Positions 61,565 through 64,000 of a DNA stretch of 64,000 nt are shown here, piece after piece. The notes under the pieces are model-generated. The model had not been told where the DNA came from, did no database searches, and saw nothing but the letters and a program-made list of their open reading frames with translations. The stretch's first letter is position 1, and the number at the start of each line of letters is the position of its first letter. The translations under genes were made by a program, and so were the position numbers. Origin of the DNA: a virus; IMG/VR virus record IMGVR_UViG_3300014613_000017, positions 63,184-127,183 of that record; one strand, given 5' to 3'.

Positions 61565-61645
61565 TTAGAGGGAATACCAGTAGATTAAGATTAATATGAT
61601 GCAGAAAACGAAGCAGATAGTGGTCATTATTTTATTTTTGGCTAT
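61565..61645 (-). CDS. small hydrophobic peptide (type I toxin-like), ATA start at 61645 or ATG at 61627
   Basis: RBS AAGGAGG then (IAKNKI)MTTICFVFCIILILIYWYSL*. Confidence 0.4.
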   Translation of the reverse strand: MAKNKIMTTICFVFCIILILIYWYSL

Positions 61646-61930
61646 GGTTATCTCCTCCTTCATTTATTATTAAGTCGCTTCAACTATGCTTTAACCTTTT
61701 CGCTTATACGACATGATATGCAAGAGGTGCTTTAAACTTGCATAAAACATTAAAAAATCTTTCAATGTTTCAATGTCATCTTATTATTCATCGCAATTTT
61801 TTAGAAGTTAAATTCGGCTATATATAGAAGGGAAAATTCATTAATCAGAAATAAAGCTAGGTCTGTCATTTTAATTTGCTTAAAGCATACATTAATCTAA
61901 AGGCAAATAAACCTAGAAGGAGTTTGGTAA

Positions 61931-62758
61931 ATGAATAGTGGAGTGATAAGTATTGATGACGGTGGATTTTCAACTTGTGTTGTCACGCAGCACCACCACG
62001 AGAAGTTTTATAGCGTAAAAGGCTTACATGGAAACAGAAAGTTAACCGAATCGAAAGGCAAGTATGACTATGTGGTGGAGTATGGTGGCGATCTTTTTGT
62101 TATGGGCGATCTCGCCTATTATGACTGCAAGCTTCCTTTGCAGATGCACTCAAAATCAAAGCAACATTTGTTTTTTGATTTATCAATACTCGTGGGAATT
62201 CATCAATTTGGATATGAGGACAATTATTTAATTACATCCGTACCAATCGGAATGCATGTTGAAAGCGAAAAGAATGGAAGAATAGACAGGTTAAAGGGTA
62301 AGAAGACTATAACCGTAAATGGAATTAAAAAGACTTTTAACATTTGCGATGTTAAAGTTGCCCCAGAAACGGCAGTCGCATACTGGATAAACGAAGATCA
62401 AGGCAAGAGCAGATACATTGATTTAGGCTCTCGCACAATTGGTTATGCCACAACAATATTCGAAAACGGAGTTCCTAGATTTATTGATGGGGAAAGTGGA
62501 ACATTCTACGGTAAGGGGCTGGAGGCTTTGGGAGAATCATATGACCATGCAGGATTGGCTGATTTCATTTGTGGACGATTAATAAAGGATTGGTCTGATG
62601 ACGATAAGGTTTATCTAATCGGTGGTGGAGCTTTAGACAATAAACTAGTTGAGTGTATCCAACGCTATTTCCCAAATGCAACTCCGATGGGGAATCCGCA
62701 AATGGCAAACTCGATTGGTATGTATCTTTTAGGAACTAACGCCTATGGAATTCATTAG
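61931..62758 (+). CDS. ParM/StbA-family actin-like ATPase
   Basis: IDDGG phosphate-1 motif, VAPETAVA, IDLGSRTI phosphate-2 motif, LIGGGA adenosine motif. Confidence 0.85.
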   Translation: MNSGVISIDDGGFSTCVVTQHHHEKFYSVKGLHGNRKLTESKGKYDYVVEYGGDLFVMGDLAYYDCKLPLQMHSKSKQHLFFDLSILVGIHQFGYEDNYLITSVPIGMHVESEKNGRIDRLKGKKTITVNGIKKTFNICDVKVAPETAVAYWINEDQGKSRYIDLGSRTIGYATTIFENGVPRFIDGESGTFYGKGLEALGESYDHAGLADFICGRLIKDWSDDDKVYLIGGGALDNKLVECIQRYFPNATPMGNPQMANSIGMYLLGTNAYGIH

Positions 62759-63032
62759 AAGTGAAAAAGAGGTTGATAAACTGATTGAGGATATGGTTTC
62801 TCGCACTAAAGGCAGGAACATAACTCAGGGCGTTACTTTCAACAAAACATGCCCACGACAAATGGGATTATTAAAGAAGGCGTTAATGTCGTCAACATCT
62901 TTCAGTGGGTTAGCGAAAGAACTATTGGCTATAAAGTTTAGTGAAAACCAACAACAACTTCACCAAAATACCCATTCTTCTCAACCAATCGTTAATACAG
63001 CTCAAACAAAAGAAACAGGAAACTTCTTCTAA
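62745..63032 (+). CDS. ParR-like adaptor / ribbon-helix-helix protein
   Basis: Overlaps parM; QGVTFN beta-strand plus helices; low-complexity C-terminal tail. Confidence 0.55.
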   Translation: MEFIRSEKEVDKLIEDMVSRTKGRNITQGVTFNKTCPRQMGLLKKALMSSTSFSGLAKELLAIKFSENQQQLHQNTHSSQPIVNTAQTKETGNFF

Positions 63033-63035
63033 TGT

Positions 63036-63106
63036 TTTAAACTTGTTTTAAGCACCTTTAACTTGTACTAAGCATAAGATGTCGTATAGCTTAAAACAAG
63101 TTTAAA
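63036..63106. repeat. perfect 18-bp inverted repeat
   Basis: TTTAAACTTGTTTTAAGC (63036-63053) / GCTTAAAACAAGTTTAAA (63089-63106). Confidence 0.75.
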
Positions 63107-63119
63107 GGAGGAAGCAAAA

Positions 63120-63296
63120 ATGAAAAGAAACTATGTAGTGATACCGACAAACGAAAAAGGTGAAAGAATAGAATGGATGCGTACAAATCAACCACTTACT
63201 AGAAAGGAGAAATTAATTGTAAATACTATGGGAGTAACAGGACTGTCAACTTTAGTCTCAGGACTAATAGCTTTAAATGGGGTGATAATTCGATGA
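63120..63296 (+). CDS. small protein with C-terminal hydrophobic segment (58 aa)
   Basis: RBS GGAGG; MKRNYVVIPTNEKG... Confidence 0.55.
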   Translation: MKRNYVVIPTNEKGERIEWMRTNQPLTRKEKLIVNTMGVTGLSTLVSGLIALNGVIIR

Positions 63297-63382
63297 CAGT
63301 AACATTAAAAGCATGGTGTGGAATCTGCAATAAAGAAACTGAAATGGACAATGGATTGAAGTGCAAAGAGTGTGGAAATTAA
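63293..63382 (+). CDS. 29-aa CxxC...CxxC zinc-ribbon mini-protein
   Basis: MTVTLKAWCGICNKETEMDNGLKCKECGN; ATGA overlap; RBS GGGGTG. Confidence 0.5.
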   Translation: MTVTLKAWCGICNKETEMDNGLKCKECGN

Positions 63383-63397
63383 ACTAAATACAACACA

Positions 63398-63426
63398 AAA
63401 AGGGTGATTATACGTCACCCTTTTCA
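63398..63426. terminator. probably bidirectional terminator
   Basis: AAAAGGGTGA-loop-TCACCCTTTT between convergent genes. Confidence 0.65.
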
Positions 63427-63518
63427 ATTTGCCTATTATAATGTATTTGTACATTCGGCAATGAATCAACCTCCACTCTTCTCGATTTCACAAAATCACT
63501 CACGTCACCCTAAATCAC

Positions 63519-63836
63519 TCAAAAACGAAGGTGGGTACGAGAGAGCAAAATCGACTCTTGATCCTTGATGAATATTTCCATTAAATTAGTTTCCTCAATA
63601 ATAATTGATTCTACATATTCATCTACCACTTCCCTGTTGATTGGAATGTTCAAACGTTTTTTTAAGAGTTCAATCAGGAAATCTTCATGAATTGGAATAC
63701 GGATACACTTACCATGATTGTCGTAATTGGAGCAAACATAACGATTAACTTTTCTTTCTTTTTTGAGCTTATAATTGCCTTGACAATAAAAGCATTTAAT
63801 TTTTTTATTGAACAACGATGGTGTTCTAATGCCCAT
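63519..63836 (-). CDS. stand-alone recombinase zinc-beta-ribbon-like protein
   Basis: KIKCFYCQG...YVCSNY...KC...IHEDFLIELL resembles the Zn-ribbon domain of large serine recombinases. Confidence 0.55.
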   Translation of the reverse strand: MGIRTPSLFNKKIKCFYCQGNYKLKKERKVNRYVCSNYDNHGKCIRIPIHEDFLIELLKKRLNIPINREVVDEYVESIIIEETNLMEIFIKDQESILLSRTHLRF

Positions 63837-64000
63837 CTATTTCACCTCTCATAGCACATTTTGTTATAAATTATCGTATTGTGGATAACTTTTATTCTGC
63901 AACAGATAGTCCCAAACCCTTATATATCAACGTTTATAACGACATTACTATTTAAAACACTACAAACGTAATTGGATTACGTCACCTCCAAGAAGCGATA

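Noticed and set aside
1-64000. tRNA/rRNA genes
   Set aside because: No cloverleaf with T-loop GTTCRA and matching acceptor stem, and no rRNA-like sequence, recognised by eye; tRNAscan-SE would confirm.

Overview
A 64 kb, AT-rich segment of a large SPbeta-like temperate siphophage (or phage-plasmid) of a Bacillales host. No host chromosomal genes are recognisable. Left to right: (1) an early host-takeover region (1-5.4 kb) of small genes behind sigmaA-type promoters, with an ArdA antirestriction gene next to a T7 Ocr-like acidic protein, tandem Fur-type boxes and a perfect chromosomal-type parS site; (2) a leftward block with a nuclease-like gene, an origin-like inverted repeat, a putative winged-helix replication protein and a RecD2-like helicase; (3) HU, PIN-PhoH, a ~670-nt densely base-paired non-coding region (candidate large ornate ncRNA), YonK, a metallophosphoesterase and ClpP; (4) a head-tail-lysis module (terminase, portal, capsid, tail tube, 2093-aa tape measure with lytic transglycosylase, tail spike, Dit, holins, amidase, two more receptor-binding proteins) interspersed with free-standing endonucleases, a tyrosine recombinase and a lipoprotein moron; (5) a nonsense-disrupted second tyrosine recombinase, a compact transfer-like module (Replic_Relax-type protein, VirB4/VirD4-like ATPase, membrane proteins) and a ParM/ParR-like pair. 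The 10-mer TAAATTATAA occurs at least 22 times at gene boundaries; the copies lie on the locally transcribed strand. All family assignments come from motif recognition by eye; no database searches were run.
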